Shown here piece after piece: positions 1 to 10,869 of a stretch of 64,000 nucleotides of DNA. The position numbers were made by a program, and so were the translations under genes. The stretch is from contig CBDFIQ010000002.1 in assembly GCA_965248195.1 (NCBI GenBank), positions 416,001-480,000 on the forward strand, written 5' to 3'. How positions within the stretch are numbered: position 1 is the stretch's first letter; each line of letters starts with the position of its first letter. This DNA is from Longimicrobiales bacterium (GTDB lineage Bacteria; Gemmatimonadota; Gemmatimonadetes; Longimicrobiales; Gaopeijiaceae). The notes under the pieces are model-generated. The model did no database searches. It was not told where the DNA came from and was given only the letters and a program-made list of their open reading frames with translations.

Positions 1-758
1 ACCTTGGCACCTTGGACGGGGGTCTGACTCTCCCTGTCTATGGCGACGACCGTCAAGAGACACTCGGGAGTGGGAACGGCTCTCACGCCAAACGGGGTGA
101 TACACGGGGCGTGCGGGGTATCCGGACCGTCCGCGGGACCGTCCGCCAGGACCTTGGCTTCCCATTCATGAAGCCCCTCCGTGTCGGGGGCGTTCAGGTC
201 CACCTCCGTATGATAAAGCGCGGCGGTGCCGGGCCATGGCTCGCCGCTGAGTGTGGCCGTCGCCCGCTTTTTCCCGTCCTGGTCGCGGACCTCGACCGTC
301 CAACCGTCGGGCCGGCACTCGGAGGAGCACTTGACCCCCAGCTTGAGGCTGAACTTCTCGCCGCATTCGATGGTCGACGGCACGTCCCATACGACGACAC
401 GCGTTTCGTGTGGTTTGACGGTGAATGAGAACGGCGCCGAAGTTTCCTCACGCGAAATGCCTGCCGTCGTGCAAGCCGGGAACACGGCCAGCCAAGTGTA
501 GGCCCCCGGCCCGACCGGCGCCTTCACCACGAACTCAGTCGTCTCGTTGGCCTCACCGTCGAATTCGGTAAGCTCAACGCTCTCTGCCAAAGCGCCGTCT
601 TGGTCCATGATCAGGAGGGTCTTCCCCCTCAGGTCTCCGGCTGGGGAGCAGGAAACCTTGCCCCTCAGAGTCATGTCGGAGCCGGCGTCGACCTCACTGG
701 GCGACGCCTCGACGCTACACGCGCTGATCTTGCCCGTCATATCGTCGTCGTCGGCCAT
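1..758 (-). CDS. Hypothetical beta-rich (Ig-like) protein, runs off the window start
   Basis: Hand translation from ATG 758 (MADDDDMTGKISACSVEASP...VVVWDVPSTIECGEKF...TPVQGAK) stays open to position 1; lies directly downstream of the FAD oxidoreductase. Confidence 0.7.
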   Translation of the reverse strand, partial: MADDDDMTGKISACSVEASPSEVDAGSDMTLRGKVSCSPAGDLRGKTLLIMDQDGALAESVELTEFDGEANETTEFVVKAPVGPGAYTWLAVFPACTTAGISREETSAPFSFTVKPHETRVVVWDVPSTIECGEKFSLKLGVKCSSECRPDGWTVEVRDQDGKKRATATLSGEPWPGTAALYHTEVDLNAPDTEGLHEWEAKVLADGPADGPDTPHAPCITPFGVRAVPTPECLLTVVAIDRESQTPVQGAK

Positions 759-812
759 GCACGCTGAGCCCTTCCGGTGGGCTAGGATCCCCACCGGACA
801 TCAAGGTGACGA

Positions 813-2897
813 CTAGATGGACGGCTCTTCGACCGCATGCGTGCCGGCGATGTAGCCGTGGACGTGGCCCTTGCCCAGGCCATGCTTGTTGAACCCCCCC
901 ACGGCCTCGCCCCCCGCATAGAGACCGGGAATGACCTGGCCCCGCATGTCCACGACCTGCTGCCGGCCGTTGACCCGCAGGCCGCCATAGGAATCGTGCC
1001 AGATCACCATGATCGAGAGCGCATAGAAGGGCGGGGTCGCGATGTGATTCATGGGGGCATCCGCCTCGCGCTCGAATTCGGGATCGGCGCCGGCGTCCAC
1101 ATAGCTGTTCCAGGTGGCCACCGTCTCGGCCAGGTAACTCAGTGGCACCCGCTGGAACTCATGGCCCGCAGCGATCTTCTCGGCCAAGTCCTCAATGGTA
1201 TCGGCCTTGAAGAAGTAGCCGTTGTCGGACACATAGGGATAGCGTAGCTCCCACCCCGTACGCTCGACGGCATCCTGATCGAAGACGGCCCAAAGCGGCC
1301 CTGAGTAGTAGTCGGGAGGCTGCGACCCCTCGTTTAGTGCCAGTGCGGCATCGAGGCCGTGGTCATAATTGTACATCTCCCGGACCCACTCCTTCCGGCA
1401 ATTGCGCCAGTCGAGCGGCGTGTGCGCAATCCCTTGGCCTGGGGCTCCACCGTCGCCCGGGTATCGGCTTAAACCAGGCCTAGCGGGCAGACGGACCTCG
1501 CTGAAGAAACGCTTCCCGACCTGGTTCACGGCGATGAGCTCTTCGAAGCCGGCGTTGCCGACGTTGATCCCAGCGGAGGCGCGGTAACCGAAAGTCGGGT
1601 GACCGGGCATCATGGTGGTATACGCATCCCGGGTGCCCAGGCGCGTCGCGATGTGGAACGTCGTTTGATACGAGACGTTCTGTTGCATCCCCGCCAGGTT
1701 GGCGCCAACCCTCAATCCGGCAATGAGCGCTGATGCGTCCTGACCCTGGGGGCCTTGCAGGGCAATGCCGCTTGTCGGGAAAGCTGGTTCCCGCAAGGCC
1801 GGGTAGAACATGCTGCGGACCTCGGGATTACCCGCGTGACCGCCGCTGGCGAGGATGACGGCCTGGCGGGCCCTGATGTTCACCGTCTCCCGCCGCTCAT
1901 CGATATTGCCGTTCTGCCAATAACTCTGCAGAAGCTGCCCGGTCTCAGGGTGCTGCCGCGGCGAGTATTGGGCCTTGATCCCCAGCACCTTGCCCGCGAA
2001 GGGTTCCTCACGCACGATCTCGTCAAAACTGCGATGGAGCATGAACTCGACGCCCTTCTCCCGGGCCGAGAACTCCAGCGGCCGGGAGAGGGCCACACCG
2101 TTGCCTACGGCGTTGGGTCCGGCAGTGCGGCTGGTGTCATTCATTTGCACCGGCGCGAAGGAACTCGTGCGCTCGGGATCGGCGACGCCCGCGTCCTCCG
2201 CTGTGATGGTTCCCGCCTTCATGTCCGTCTTGTTGCCCAGCATGAGGAAGCAGCGCGCCGCCCTTGCGCGCGACAAGCCGCCGCCGCCGTGGGTGCCGGT
2301 GATCCGCGCGAACCGGACATAGTTGTCGATCAGGAATTGCCGGGTGGCCGGACAGTTCTCGGCCCAAGCACGCACCAGCTCCCGCTCGTTGTACCTGTAT
2401 GGGCTCTGAGCTTTGGGGTCGACGACCGACCAGTCGGTGATGTCCGTGAACAGGAGGTCGACGTTGTCATCGAGCTCTTCCGGATCCTCGCGTGGAGCTA
2501 CTGTGATGAGCCCCTCAAGGTCACTCTCGCCCTTCATATCTCTGCGCTGTACTGGGTCGCCTCCGCCGAGCGACACGAGGGACCCGCTGTGCAACATCCT
2601 GCCGCCAAGGTCGAAATTCTGATCGACCACCAGCACACTGGCCCCGAGATCCCTCGCGCGAATGGCCGCAGTCAGGCCTGCGCACCCGCCCCCCGCGATA
2701 ACGACATCTACTTCATAGTCCCATACGGTTTGTTCGGCGCCAGTCGCTGGGACTTGCGCCTGCGCCTCGTCTGGCTCCAACAGAGCGCCCGCACCCAGCC
2801 CGGCGGCAACTCCCGTCTTGACGAAATCTCGCCTGTTGAGACCTCCCTCGTTCTCGAGCTTTGGGTCGTTCCCGGGATTGTCGCCTTTCTTTGCCAT
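813..2897 (-). CDS. Tat-exported FAD-dependent oxidoreductase (FAD_binding_2; flavocytochrome c / 3-ketosteroid dehydrogenase-like)
   Basis: NRRDFVK Tat motif, DVVIAGGGCAG FAD motif, C-terminal IPGLYAGGE; GGAGGA RBS before ATG 2897. Confidence 0.85.
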   Translation of the reverse strand: MAKKGDNPGNDPKLENEGGLNRRDFVKTGVAAGLGAGALLEPDEAQAQVPATGAEQTVWDYEVDVVIAGGGCAGLTAAIRARDLGASVLVVDQNFDLGGRMLHSGSLVSLGGGDPVQRRDMKGESDLEGLITVAPREDPEELDDNVDLLFTDITDWSVVDPKAQSPYRYNERELVRAWAENCPATRQFLIDNYVRFARITGTHGGGGLSRARAARCFLMLGNKTDMKAGTITAEDAGVADPERTSSFAPVQMNDTSRTAGPNAVGNGVALSRPLEFSAREKGVEFMLHRSFDEIVREEPFAGKVLGIKAQYSPRQHPETGQLLQSYWQNGNIDERRETVNIRARQAVILASGGHAGNPEVRSMFYPALREPAFPTSGIALQGPQGQDASALIAGLRVGANLAGMQQNVSYQTTFHIATRLGTRDAYTTMMPGHPTFGYRASAGINVGNAGFEELIAVNQVGKRFFSEVRLPARPGLSRYPGDGGAPGQGIAHTPLDWRNCRKEWVREMYNYDHGLDAALALNEGSQPPDYYSGPLWAVFDQDAVERTGWELRYPYVSDNGYFFKADTIEDLAEKIAAGHEFQRVPLSYLAETVATWNSYVDAGADPEFEREADAPMNHIATPPFYALSIMVIWHDSYGGLRVNGRQQVVDMRGQVIPGLYAGGEAVGGFNKHGLGKGHVHGYIAGTHAVEEPSI

Positions 2898-3341
2898 GTC
2901 TAGTCCTCCCCAAATGGCCGCCACGAGTAACCGTGCTCGCTGGTCGGTGACCCAGAGCCACCTAACACGACCCTGGAACCAAGCCTGACCGATTCAGAAG
3001 AGGATCCAAAGGCCGTTGCGCTCGACCACGGTAGCAGGGGACGCAGTGCTCCTGCAAGCGGTCCGCAGCGGCAGCTTCGACAAAGTGACCGTCGTGAAGC
3101 GGGCAGCTGACTTTGAGACCGTCAGCGCAGCTACCTCAGTGATCTTCTCGATATCGTCGGTGGGACGGGGCTGCCGCTGGAGGCTGGAAGGACACCGTGA
3201 GCCTCAAACGTGCCTACCAGCAGGCCGACGCCGAGACTATCTTATCTGTCGTTCTCAACGGCGGTGAGTTGAGGGAGGAGCCGGCTGAGACGGTTCCCTT
3301 CTTGCACACAACATTACACACCGCATCCGTAAGTTGTTGCA

Positions 3342-3415
<74 letters not shown>

Positions 3416-3428
3416 TTGACGGAAGTAC

Positions 3429-3466
3429 AAGCCCCGCTTGGTCTTAGGTGACCGGGCGGGGCTTTT
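3429..3466 (+). terminator. GC-rich hairpin + T tract after the tRNA (class A right arm of att site 1)
   Basis: AAGCCCCGCTTGGTC-TTAGGT-GACCGGGCGGGGCTTTT; recurs at 13069 and 48789. Confidence 0.8.
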
Positions 3467-3486
3467 GGGTTCCAGTCCAGGTGGAG

Positions 3487-3512
3487 TTCCCGCTGTTCAT
3501 TCCCGCTGTTCA
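3487..3512 (+). repeat. 13-bp perfect tandem direct repeat
   Basis: TTCCCGCTGTTCA x2. Confidence 0.8.
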
Positions 3513-3779
3513 GTTACGGGACGCCCTAGAGACTCGCCGCAGGGGGGCAGGCGGAAGTGGCGTGAGAAGCATTCTTCCGGCTGAAGGCTCACTCACGCCT
3601 CCCCAACGACAAGACGGCCACCTCCGAACGATTTGGGGTCCTGTAGGTTGGGTCCCGCGCCCGTTGAACGAGAAGACGGACAACTCCGAACGAGGGGGGT
3701 GGAGGTCGCTCCGGCACACCGCTTGCATCTGGTAAAATCACCGCTTGGGCTACCAAACGTAGCAAAAGGAGGGTGCAAA

Positions 3780-3947
3780 GTGGCCAATGAGGACTTGGAC
3801 CTTGACGAGATCCTGCTAGGGGAAAGTAGGCTCAGCGGGGACGACGGCGACCTTTTCCAGGAGGGAGAAGGCTTCGTCGTTGGCGAGCAGCTTGGAGACT
3901 TCGAGGGCTTCGAGGGCTTGACGAGATCGCGGCCCTTCCCTGATTGA
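3780..3947 (+). CDS. Small acidic hypothetical protein (55 aa)
   Basis: AGGAGG 7 nt before GTG; ANEDLDLDEILLGES...GDFEGFEG. Confidence 0.4.
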   Translation: MANEDLDLDEILLGESRLSGDDGDLFQEGEGFVVGEQLGDFEGFEGLTRSRPFPD

Positions 3948-4187
3948 CACGGTCCTAACTTCGTTCGGGCGTTGGAGCCACCATCAAGTCCCATCAAGCC
4001 GAGCTGGAACCGCCGTCGAGGTCCCACGAGTAGATGCCCATGCGTTGAAGCTACGGGCGACGATTAGGCGGTGCGATGGCCGGGTGGGACTACGACTCAG
4101 CCCCCGCTGGCTTCACCTCTAACTTGCGGCTCTGGTTTCTCAGGTATCGCGTATAATCGACTGCGCTCACTACTAGGAAGACAGCCC

Positions 4188-5255
4188 ATGGGTAGGGACG
4201 TCGAGGTTGCAATCCTGTTCGCCGACGTGGTGGGCAGCACGCAGCTCTACGAACAACTAGGCGACGCACAGGCCCGCGAAATGGTCGCTCGGTGTCTCGA
4301 GATCATGCGGGATGCGACCGAGGCTTGTGCCGGCACGGTCATCAAGACGATGGGCGACGAAGTCATGTCGACCTTTCCTACCGCCGATGACGCGATGAAT
4401 GCCGCGAAACGCATGCAGGAAACCATTGCCGCCGAAGACTCGCTCGCCCACGACAATGGCCACGTCGCGATTCGTATTGGCTGTCATTTCGGGCCAGTCG
4501 TGCAGGAGAACAGGGACATCTTCGGCTCGGCGGTTCATACCGCTAACCGGATGACGAGCCAGGCTAAGGCGAAGCAGGTCATTACGACTTCCGGGACGGT
4601 GGATCAACTCTCCACTGAGTGGCGGAGTATGGTGCGCCAGATCGACGTGGCAACCGTGCGCGGCCGGGCCGACGACGTCACCCTGTTCGAAGTGCTCTGG
4701 CAACCCGAGGAAGCAACCAGCATGCTGCCGGCGGTCGGATTCGGCACATCGAAGAGCAGAACGAAGAAGAGCAGAACGAAAAAGTTGAGTCTGACCTACC
4801 AGGATCAGGAGATCACCGTCGGCGAGGGCCGCAAGAGTGCGACGCTCGGCCGGGCCGACGACAACGATGTGGTCGTCAAAGGGAATCTCATCTCGCGACT
4901 ACACGTGCGAGTCGAGACCAGCAAAAATCGCTTCACGCTGGTGGACGAGAGCACTAACGGTACGTTCGTCCAGACGCTTGCCGGTGAGGAGATCTTCGTG
5001 CGCCGGGATTCGACCGCGCTCGTCGGTGAAGGCACGATCGGGCTCGGACGTGTCGCCCAGCCGGGCACGGCGCTCGCCGTGCACTACATTGTCGAAGACT
5101 TACCGCTTAAATCGAGACTCTGGAGAGCGCCTCGAGTTCCTCCTCGAAGTAGGACGACCGATTCTCAGGTCCCCTCACGCAGTGACGGCCGACCGGCAAT
5201 ACGTGACCCGTTCGACGTATCCTCCGAAGCCGAATGTTCGCACCAGACGCATTGA
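4188..5255 (+). CDS. Class III adenylate/guanylate cyclase with C-terminal FHA domain
   Basis: AILFADVVGST, VIKTMGDEVM, RDIFGSAVHTANR; FHA motifs LGR...ISRLH...DESTNGT; tail overlaps the convergent kinase. Confidence 0.9.
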   Translation: MGRDVEVAILFADVVGSTQLYEQLGDAQAREMVARCLEIMRDATEACAGTVIKTMGDEVMSTFPTADDAMNAAKRMQETIAAEDSLAHDNGHVAIRIGCHFGPVVQENRDIFGSAVHTANRMTSQAKAKQVITTSGTVDQLSTEWRSMVRQIDVATVRGRADDVTLFEVLWQPEEATSMLPAVGFGTSKSRTKKSRTKKLSLTYQDQEITVGEGRKSATLGRADDNDVVVKGNLISRLHVRVETSKNRFTLVDESTNGTFVQTLAGEEIFVRRDSTALVGEGTIGLGRVAQPGTALAVHYIVEDLPLKSRLWRAPRVPPRSRTTDSQVPSRSDGRPAIRDPFDVSSEAECSHQTH

Positions 5256-7526
5256 TAGAGTCTGTACACGGTTCGTAGCAGCCTGTTCGGGACTCGTACG
5301 CCACTGCGCAAGCCGGTTGCGCTGATGCTCGATCCACAAATCGATGTCCGGAAGGTCGTGCGCGGTGAATTGGGCGGCGGCCAGCCAGTCGTCTCGGATC
5401 CCGGCCACGCCGAGTAGGATTTCGACCGGGTTGGTGCAGAAGCCGGTGACCAACCCTGCCACCGACCACCACCGGATGGGTGCCGCGAGGGTCGTATCGG
5501 CAATGATACTCAACGGGTCGAAGCCGGTGCCGGCCACGCCTGCTAGGGCGACGACCGCATCGGCGGGCGGCTGACCGATCGGGTCGATCTCGAGCGGGGG
5601 CAGCGCAGTAGCGTCCAGACGCCGTATGCTTTCGGCGACGGGCGCGGGAATCGCCGACGCGACTTCTTGCGTCCAAAGTTGACTCACCGACGTTGCGGTC
5701 CTGGTCATCGCCAGGACGGTGAACAGGAGCGCCAGCACGGCGAGCCCGATCGCGCCTGCGCCGAGCGGGATGCCCACGGTAAACCAACGAGGCCGAGGCT
5801 TGGCCGGAGAGTGCGTGCGTCCGACGGTCGAAAGCCAATGCTCGACCGAGCTGCCGGGGGCGGGCCTTGTCGATCGGAAAACACTCCGGAACAGGTGGCC
5901 GAACCTGAACCGATGCCGAATCAGCCCCTGGGGAACGGCGAGCACACCGGCCACGATGAGACACACCAGGGGTGGAAGGAGATATCGCACGATGTCCCGC
6001 AGCCCGACTGGCGTAAAGAAATCGGGTGCGAGCCTGGATCCCGTCATCCACCAGATCGGGCTTACGACGACATAACCCAGGGCGAGCAGCAGGAGGCCGC
6101 ACGTGATCCGCCTGAGAATGAGGAGCCGCTGCCGGTTCGCCTCGCTCAGTAACGCGTATGGGCCGTATCCGTTGACCACCGCCGGCGTGTCGGGTACGTG
6201 GTCCAAGGCCACGTCGAGCACGACTCCGAACGGATAGCCGAGACTTCGGGCCGCAAGAAAATGTCGAAAGAGATTCCAGGTCCGGCCCACGGTAGCCGCA
6301 GCCGCGAGCAAGCCGAAAGCGAGCAGGACCGTCAGATTAGTGGTCCAGACCGACTCTACGCCCGTCCCGGGGGCGAGCGCGGCAGACGTGGGAAGCCACA
6401 TCGCGACGGCGGAGCCCAGGGCAGCCGCTGCCACGGCTCCCAACGAAGTGAGGACACGCCACCCCGTGGAGCGAAGCGTGCGTAACCCCGGTGGGGGCCA
6501 CCCGACCGACTCGCGGGTTCTGCGTAGTACCGCGCTGGCCACGGCGGCGGCCGACGGACGGGCGGCGTGATCCTTGGCCAAACAACGGCCCACGACCCCG
6601 GCGAGGAAGGGGTCGATGTCGGGCCGCACTCTGGCGAGGTCGGGCGGGACATCTTTGATATGCGCGGCCAAATACGCCTCGGGCGCCTCCGCGATGAACG
6701 GTTTTCGACCGGCCAGCAGCTCGAACGCCACCACCCCGAGGCTGTACACGTCGCTCCGGTCAGTGAGTTCTCCAACACTCGCCTGCTCGGGACTCATGTA
6801 CGCGGGCGTACCGACCGCCACGCCCTGGAGGGTGAGCTCCTCGTCGCCGGCGAGCGCGTCCGGCTTGAGGGCGGCGCTGATGCCGAAGTCGAGCACCGTG
6901 GCCTCGCCGGTTTCTCGATCAATTACAATGTTTGAGGGTTTGATGTCGCGATGCAAGACTCCGCGGTCATGCGCGGCCGCGAGTGCAGACGCGACTTCGC
7001 CGATCACGGCGCGAGCGGTCGTTTCGGGGATCTGCGTCTCCGAGCGCATGAGATGCGCGACGGTCGGGCCATTCACGAACTGCATGACGATATACGGCTT
7101 TTTCGTGCGCGGGAGCGCACCCACCTGATAGATGTCGATCACGTGAGGATCGACGATACCGGCCGCGGCTTCGGCCTCGCGGGTGAAACGGGCGCGAGCG
7201 AGCGGGTCACCGGCGAGTTCGGCGGAGAGCACTTTGATGGCCACCATCCGGCGGAGCGCAAGGTCGCGACCCAGATACACCGTGCTCATGCCGCCCGCGC
7301 CGAGCCCGCGCACCAGCTCGATACCGGGCTCTAGGGCCTTCCGCAGCGCGGCGGCCGTCTTGTCATTCCGAGGGATGCTCGACGCCTGGCCCGCGGATCC
7401 GTCGATCTTGGTTACGTCGCTCCCGGCGGCCGCGCGGAGATCCTTTCCGCACTCGCCGCAGGTCTCGTCGTCCGGAGCCGTTGCAGCACCGCAGGCGGCG
7501 CAAGCCGGGGCCTCGGTCAAGGGCAT
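5175..7526 (-). CDS. Membrane Ser/Thr protein kinase with N-terminal zinc ribbon
   Basis: CxxC..CxxC; LGAGGMSTV, VAIK, HRDIKPSN, DFG, GTPAYMSPEQ; several TM segments. Confidence 0.93.
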   Translation of the reverse strand: MPLTEAPACAACGAATAPDDETCGECGKDLRAAAGSDVTKIDGSAGQASSIPRNDKTAAALRKALEPGIELVRGLGAGGMSTVYLGRDLALRRMVAIKVLSAELAGDPLARARFTREAEAAAGIVDPHVIDIYQVGALPRTKKPYIVMQFVNGPTVAHLMRSETQIPETTARAVIGEVASALAAAHDRGVLHRDIKPSNIVIDRETGEATVLDFGISAALKPDALAGDEELTLQGVAVGTPAYMSPEQASVGELTDRSDVYSLGVVAFELLAGRKPFIAEAPEAYLAAHIKDVPPDLARVRPDIDPFLAGVVGRCLAKDHAARPSAAAVASAVLRRTRESVGWPPPGLRTLRSTGWRVLTSLGAVAAAALGSAVAMWLPTSAALAPGTGVESVWTTNLTVLLAFGLLAAAATVGRTWNLFRHFLAARSLGYPFGVVLDVALDHVPDTPAVVNGYGPYALLSEANRQRLLILRRITCGLLLLALGYVVVSPIWWMTGSRLAPDFFTPVGLRDIVRYLLPPLVCLIVAGVLAVPQGLIRHRFRFGHLFRSVFRSTRPAPGSSVEHWLSTVGRTHSPAKPRPRWFTVGIPLGAGAIGLAVLALLFTVLAMTRTATSVSQLWTQEVASAIPAPVAESIRRLDATALPPLEIDPIGQPPADAVVALAGVAGTGFDPLSIIADTTLAAPIRWWSVAGLVTGFCTNPVEILLGVAGIRDDWLAAAQFTAHDLPDIDLWIEHQRNRLAQWRTSPEQAATNRVQTLSMRLVRTFGFGGYVERVTYCRSAVTA

Positions 7527-7892
7527 ACCTCGTGGGTTTCAGGACGGGGGATGTACACCTTCAAAAGTCGAACTCTTTGGTGTACGTCAGCAAGTTCGAT
7601 CTCCAGTCACGATGACCGAGGTCAACATCCTGCAACGCCGGTGCTCTGATTCCCTTGAACGCACTTGCCGTCGAGGTGTGTGGCTCCACTCCTATATACT
7701 AGAACCGATGAGCCAATCGCGATAACGGAGGACCGATCTCTCTACCCAGGGAGGCTCGGTGGCAGATGCTTCAGGCCGATTGGCGCGGCCTAAGGAGTGC
7801 CTTGAACCGGAGCTGTAACAAGAAAAGCCTGAGGGCAATAACACTGGCAGTTACACTGGCGCGACTGGATGGTGACCTTTCCAGCGCGACGG

Positions 7893-8075
7893 CTAGATCG
7901 GCTTGCGTTCAAGTACGTCACGCCAATGAGGCTGAGATCGGTTTTGCAGTTTTTTGGACCCGTTGGTCAGGACGTGCGCATAGGTGAGTGTTAGGATGGC
8001 TGCGACGGTGAAGTCCTCGTGCCGTCCTCATGCAGGGACCGAGCCACCTGACACCTTCGCGATGGTCTTGATCCG
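7893..8075 (-). pseudogene. Possible decayed C-terminus of a tyrosine integrase
   Basis: One frame reads DRIKTIAKVSGGSVPA*GRHEDFTVAAILTLTYAHVL, resembling integrase box II (DIKTVxxxLGH..TLxTYAHVL); followed by a direct repeat at 7838-7860. Confidence 0.3.
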
Positions 8076-9415
8076 GTCCGTTAAGCTCGTCGTGGAGCAA
8101 CTACGAGTCGGAGTCCAAGGGTCACGCTCCAGGCCCGCCGCACCAGTTGATGCGCACGCACCGCGGGATCGAGGGCGCAGAGTAGTGATCCCGAGCGCCC
8201 CAATGTGCACCTCTCGCTCGAGGCATCCTTTGACTCCACTCAGTCTAACAGAAGCCAATTCCGCAGATTTTTCGGGGCTGGCTACGCCGGAGTGGTAGAA
8301 ACACGGCTTGTCGAGCGCTTAAAAAGTGAACTGGAACAGAGGGCGGAGCGAGGTGGCTTCATCGAGCTCCAGGTCACGCCCCAGAGCGCCACACCAGACA
8401 CGTCCGTTACCCACAGGCTCCAGGCGATCGCACGCATTAACGGCGACGAGGAGATCTTATTCGAGGCGACCCTACGCAGCAATGATGGCGTCCAAGTCCG
8501 GCACTTCCAGGCGCCCGTGTTACTCCCACAGGACTTCGGCCTTCAGTGGTCCGATCTTGAGAAGGAAGCAACGCGGCCAGGAGCGGGCGGCGACCCGAGT
8601 GCCCCCGTGGCACAGCTGTTCTCCGAGGAGCTTGTAGGCCTGGTCGCCGAGAACCTCTACCGCTGGCTTTTTGCCTCGACTGTCCGATTCCGGGTGGGCG
8701 TGGCCCCTTTTATCAATCTGGGCCCGGATACCCTAGACTACGGGTACCTCACTCAGTCCCTGGCGACGTACGTACGAACCGAACTCGCGGGTTCTCTCGC
8801 CCTGTCCGTGTTGGGTGCAACCGCACAGGGGGACCAACACTATACAATCCAAGGTGAATTCTCCGTCGTCGACGGCGGGATGCGGATCGATATCTCGTGC
8901 ATCAAGCAACCGGACGGACGCGTTCTGACCAGTAGTTTCATCCTAGTGGACAGGTTGGACCTCCCCACTCTGTCCGAGGCGGTCAGCCGACTGACCCGCC
9001 GAATGAGCTGGGCTATGGAGAGCGACTTCCGGCTCGAGACCAAGAGTCTAGTTGTCGCGGGTGTCGTGGATTCTCGCGCGAGGTCCGGGGGGGTCATATC
9101 AGACGAAGACCTCTCGATGGCCACGGAAGTCGTTCGCGCGGTCAGCCGAAAATTCGGCCTACTTACACTCGGGAACGGGCCCGACGATCGCGTAGTCAAT
9201 CTCGCGGTCCGATCCGCCGAGTCGCAGGTGCAGCCTGCGTCAGACTTCGACCCACTCTCTACACTGATGGCGAATGAGGCGGACTATCTCGTCCTCGTCG
9301 GCTATGGCGACCTTGGTGATCGTGTCCGTCTGAGTGCCCAACTCTTCTTCTTCGATCCGGACCATCCAGGTAGCGCGGAACCTGTCAACGACAATGGGAC
9401 ACTCTACGGGATTAA

Positions 9416-10423
9416 TTAGAGAGCAATATCCTGTGTGGTGAGGGAAGGGATGGGAGGATTGATGTAGACGGCCTCCGGGAGCGGTTTGGGCTTCGGCACA
9501 CCTGTGACGAAGCGTTCGGGATGAGCGGCCCATGCTTCGCGGAGCACGGATTTCCTGCCGGCAATGACCTGATCGGCGTTCCCGAAGTGGACCTGCTCGG
9601 GGGTTAGCATCGAGATACCGCCATGGCGGTGCTCGGCATTGTACCAGCGGAAGAACGATCGACACAACGTCTTGGCCTGGCCCTGATCCCCGAACCGCCC
9701 GGGAAACGAGGGATGGTACTTCAAGGTTTTGAACTGAGCCTCGGAAAACGGGTTGTCATCCGACACCTGAGGCCGGCTCAACGAGCGAGTCACGCCGAGG
9801 TCAGCGAGAAGTTGAGCGGTGCATTGGCTCGTCATTGGAGCTCCCCGATCCGAGTGCAGGGTCAGGACCCGGGGCTGGACGCCATGCTTCAGGCAGCTCT
9901 GCTGGATCAACCGGCCGGCCAGGGCCGAGTTCTCCCGGTCCGCCACCATCCAGCCCACGACGTAGCGGCTGTAGATATCCATGATGACGTAGAGGTAGTA
10001 ATAGCTCCACTTCTTCGGCCCGAGTAGCCGCGTGATATCCCAGGACCACACCTGGTTCGGCGCCGTGGCCATCAACTCGGGCTTCTTGTACTCGGGATGG
10101 GTGCGCTGCGCCCGGCGTTCCTGAACCGGCACCTCGGAGGCCAGAACACGATACATCGTGCGTTCGCTGCACAGGTAGACCTCTTCGTCGAGCAGCGTGG
10201 CCACCACCTCGGCGGGTGAGCGGTCCACGAACCGCTCCGAACACAGCGTGTCGAAGACCTCGCCTCGTTCCGTCTCGCTCAATGCCCGGGCGGGCGTCGG
10301 GCGGGGCTGCCGTTGCCCGGTCGATGGGCCTCGACGACGGTAGAACGTCGATCGGGAGACCTCGAGAGCCGCGCACGCCGGTTTTACACCGACGTGCTTA
10401 GCCAGCTCATCGGCCGCCTTCAA
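9416..10423 (-). CDS. IS3 transposase OrfB (rve domain)
   Basis: WSWDIT, LHSDRG, DDNPFSEAQFKTLK; TTG start overlaps the orfA stop. Confidence 0.93.
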   Translation of the reverse strand: MKAADELAKHVGVKPACAALEVSRSTFYRRRGPSTGQRQPRPTPARALSETERGEVFDTLCSERFVDRSPAEVVATLLDEEVYLCSERTMYRVLASEVPVQERRAQRTHPEYKKPELMATAPNQVWSWDITRLLGPKKWSYYYLYVIMDIYSRYVVGWMVADRENSALAGRLIQQSCLKHGVQPRVLTLHSDRGAPMTSQCTAQLLADLGVTRSLSRPQVSDDNPFSEAQFKTLKYHPSFPGRFGDQGQAKTLCRSFFRWYNAEHRHGGISMLTPEQVHFGNADQVIAGRKSVLREAWAAHPERFVTGVPKPKPLPEAVYINPPIPSLTTQDIAL

Positions 10424-10869
10424 GAGTTCGTCCCGTCGTCGAGGCTTATCCCCAGCAGCCCCGCAACTTTTCCCTGCACGTCGATGATCAGGTGTGCCTT
10501 CCTGAGCTCATTCTCGAGCCGTGCGTTTTGCCGCTCCAGCTTGCGTACCTTCTCATCCAGCGGATTCCGCTCCGGCTTGCGGCCGCGTTTCTTCGACAGG
10601 GCCTTCAGCGACCCGCTATGCGCCGCCTTGCGCCACGTCGTCAGGTGCGACGAGTACAGGCCCTCGCGCCGCAGGAGCTGACCCACCTCGCCGGGCTCGG
10701 TGCACCGGTCCGCTTCTTCGACGATCCGCAGCTTGTACGATGGACTGAACCGCCGGCGTAGCGGCCTATCTACTACCTCCGGGTCCGCAGGAGCTGCCGC
10801 GCTTCGCTTGGCCTCCCCGATTCCAGGGGCACTACCATTCTCTTCCATTCTCTCTCGCAGTCCCAACAT
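10420..10869 (-). CDS. IS3 transposase OrfA (HTH + leucine zipper)
   Basis: RRRFSPSYKLRIV...LLRREGLYSSHLTTWR...LERQNARLENEL. Confidence 0.9.
   Translation of the reverse strand: MLGLRERMEENGSAPGIGEAKRSAAAPADPEVVDRPLRRRFSPSYKLRIVEEADRCTEPGEVGQLLRREGLYSSHLTTWRKAAHSGSLKALSKKRGRKPERNPLDEKVRKLERQNARLENELRKAHLIIDVQGKVAGLLGISLDDGTNS

Noticed and set aside
4751..4784. 15-bp duplication in the cyclase gene (KSRTKKSRTKK)
   Set aside because: In-frame slippage in an interdomain linker; no wider pattern
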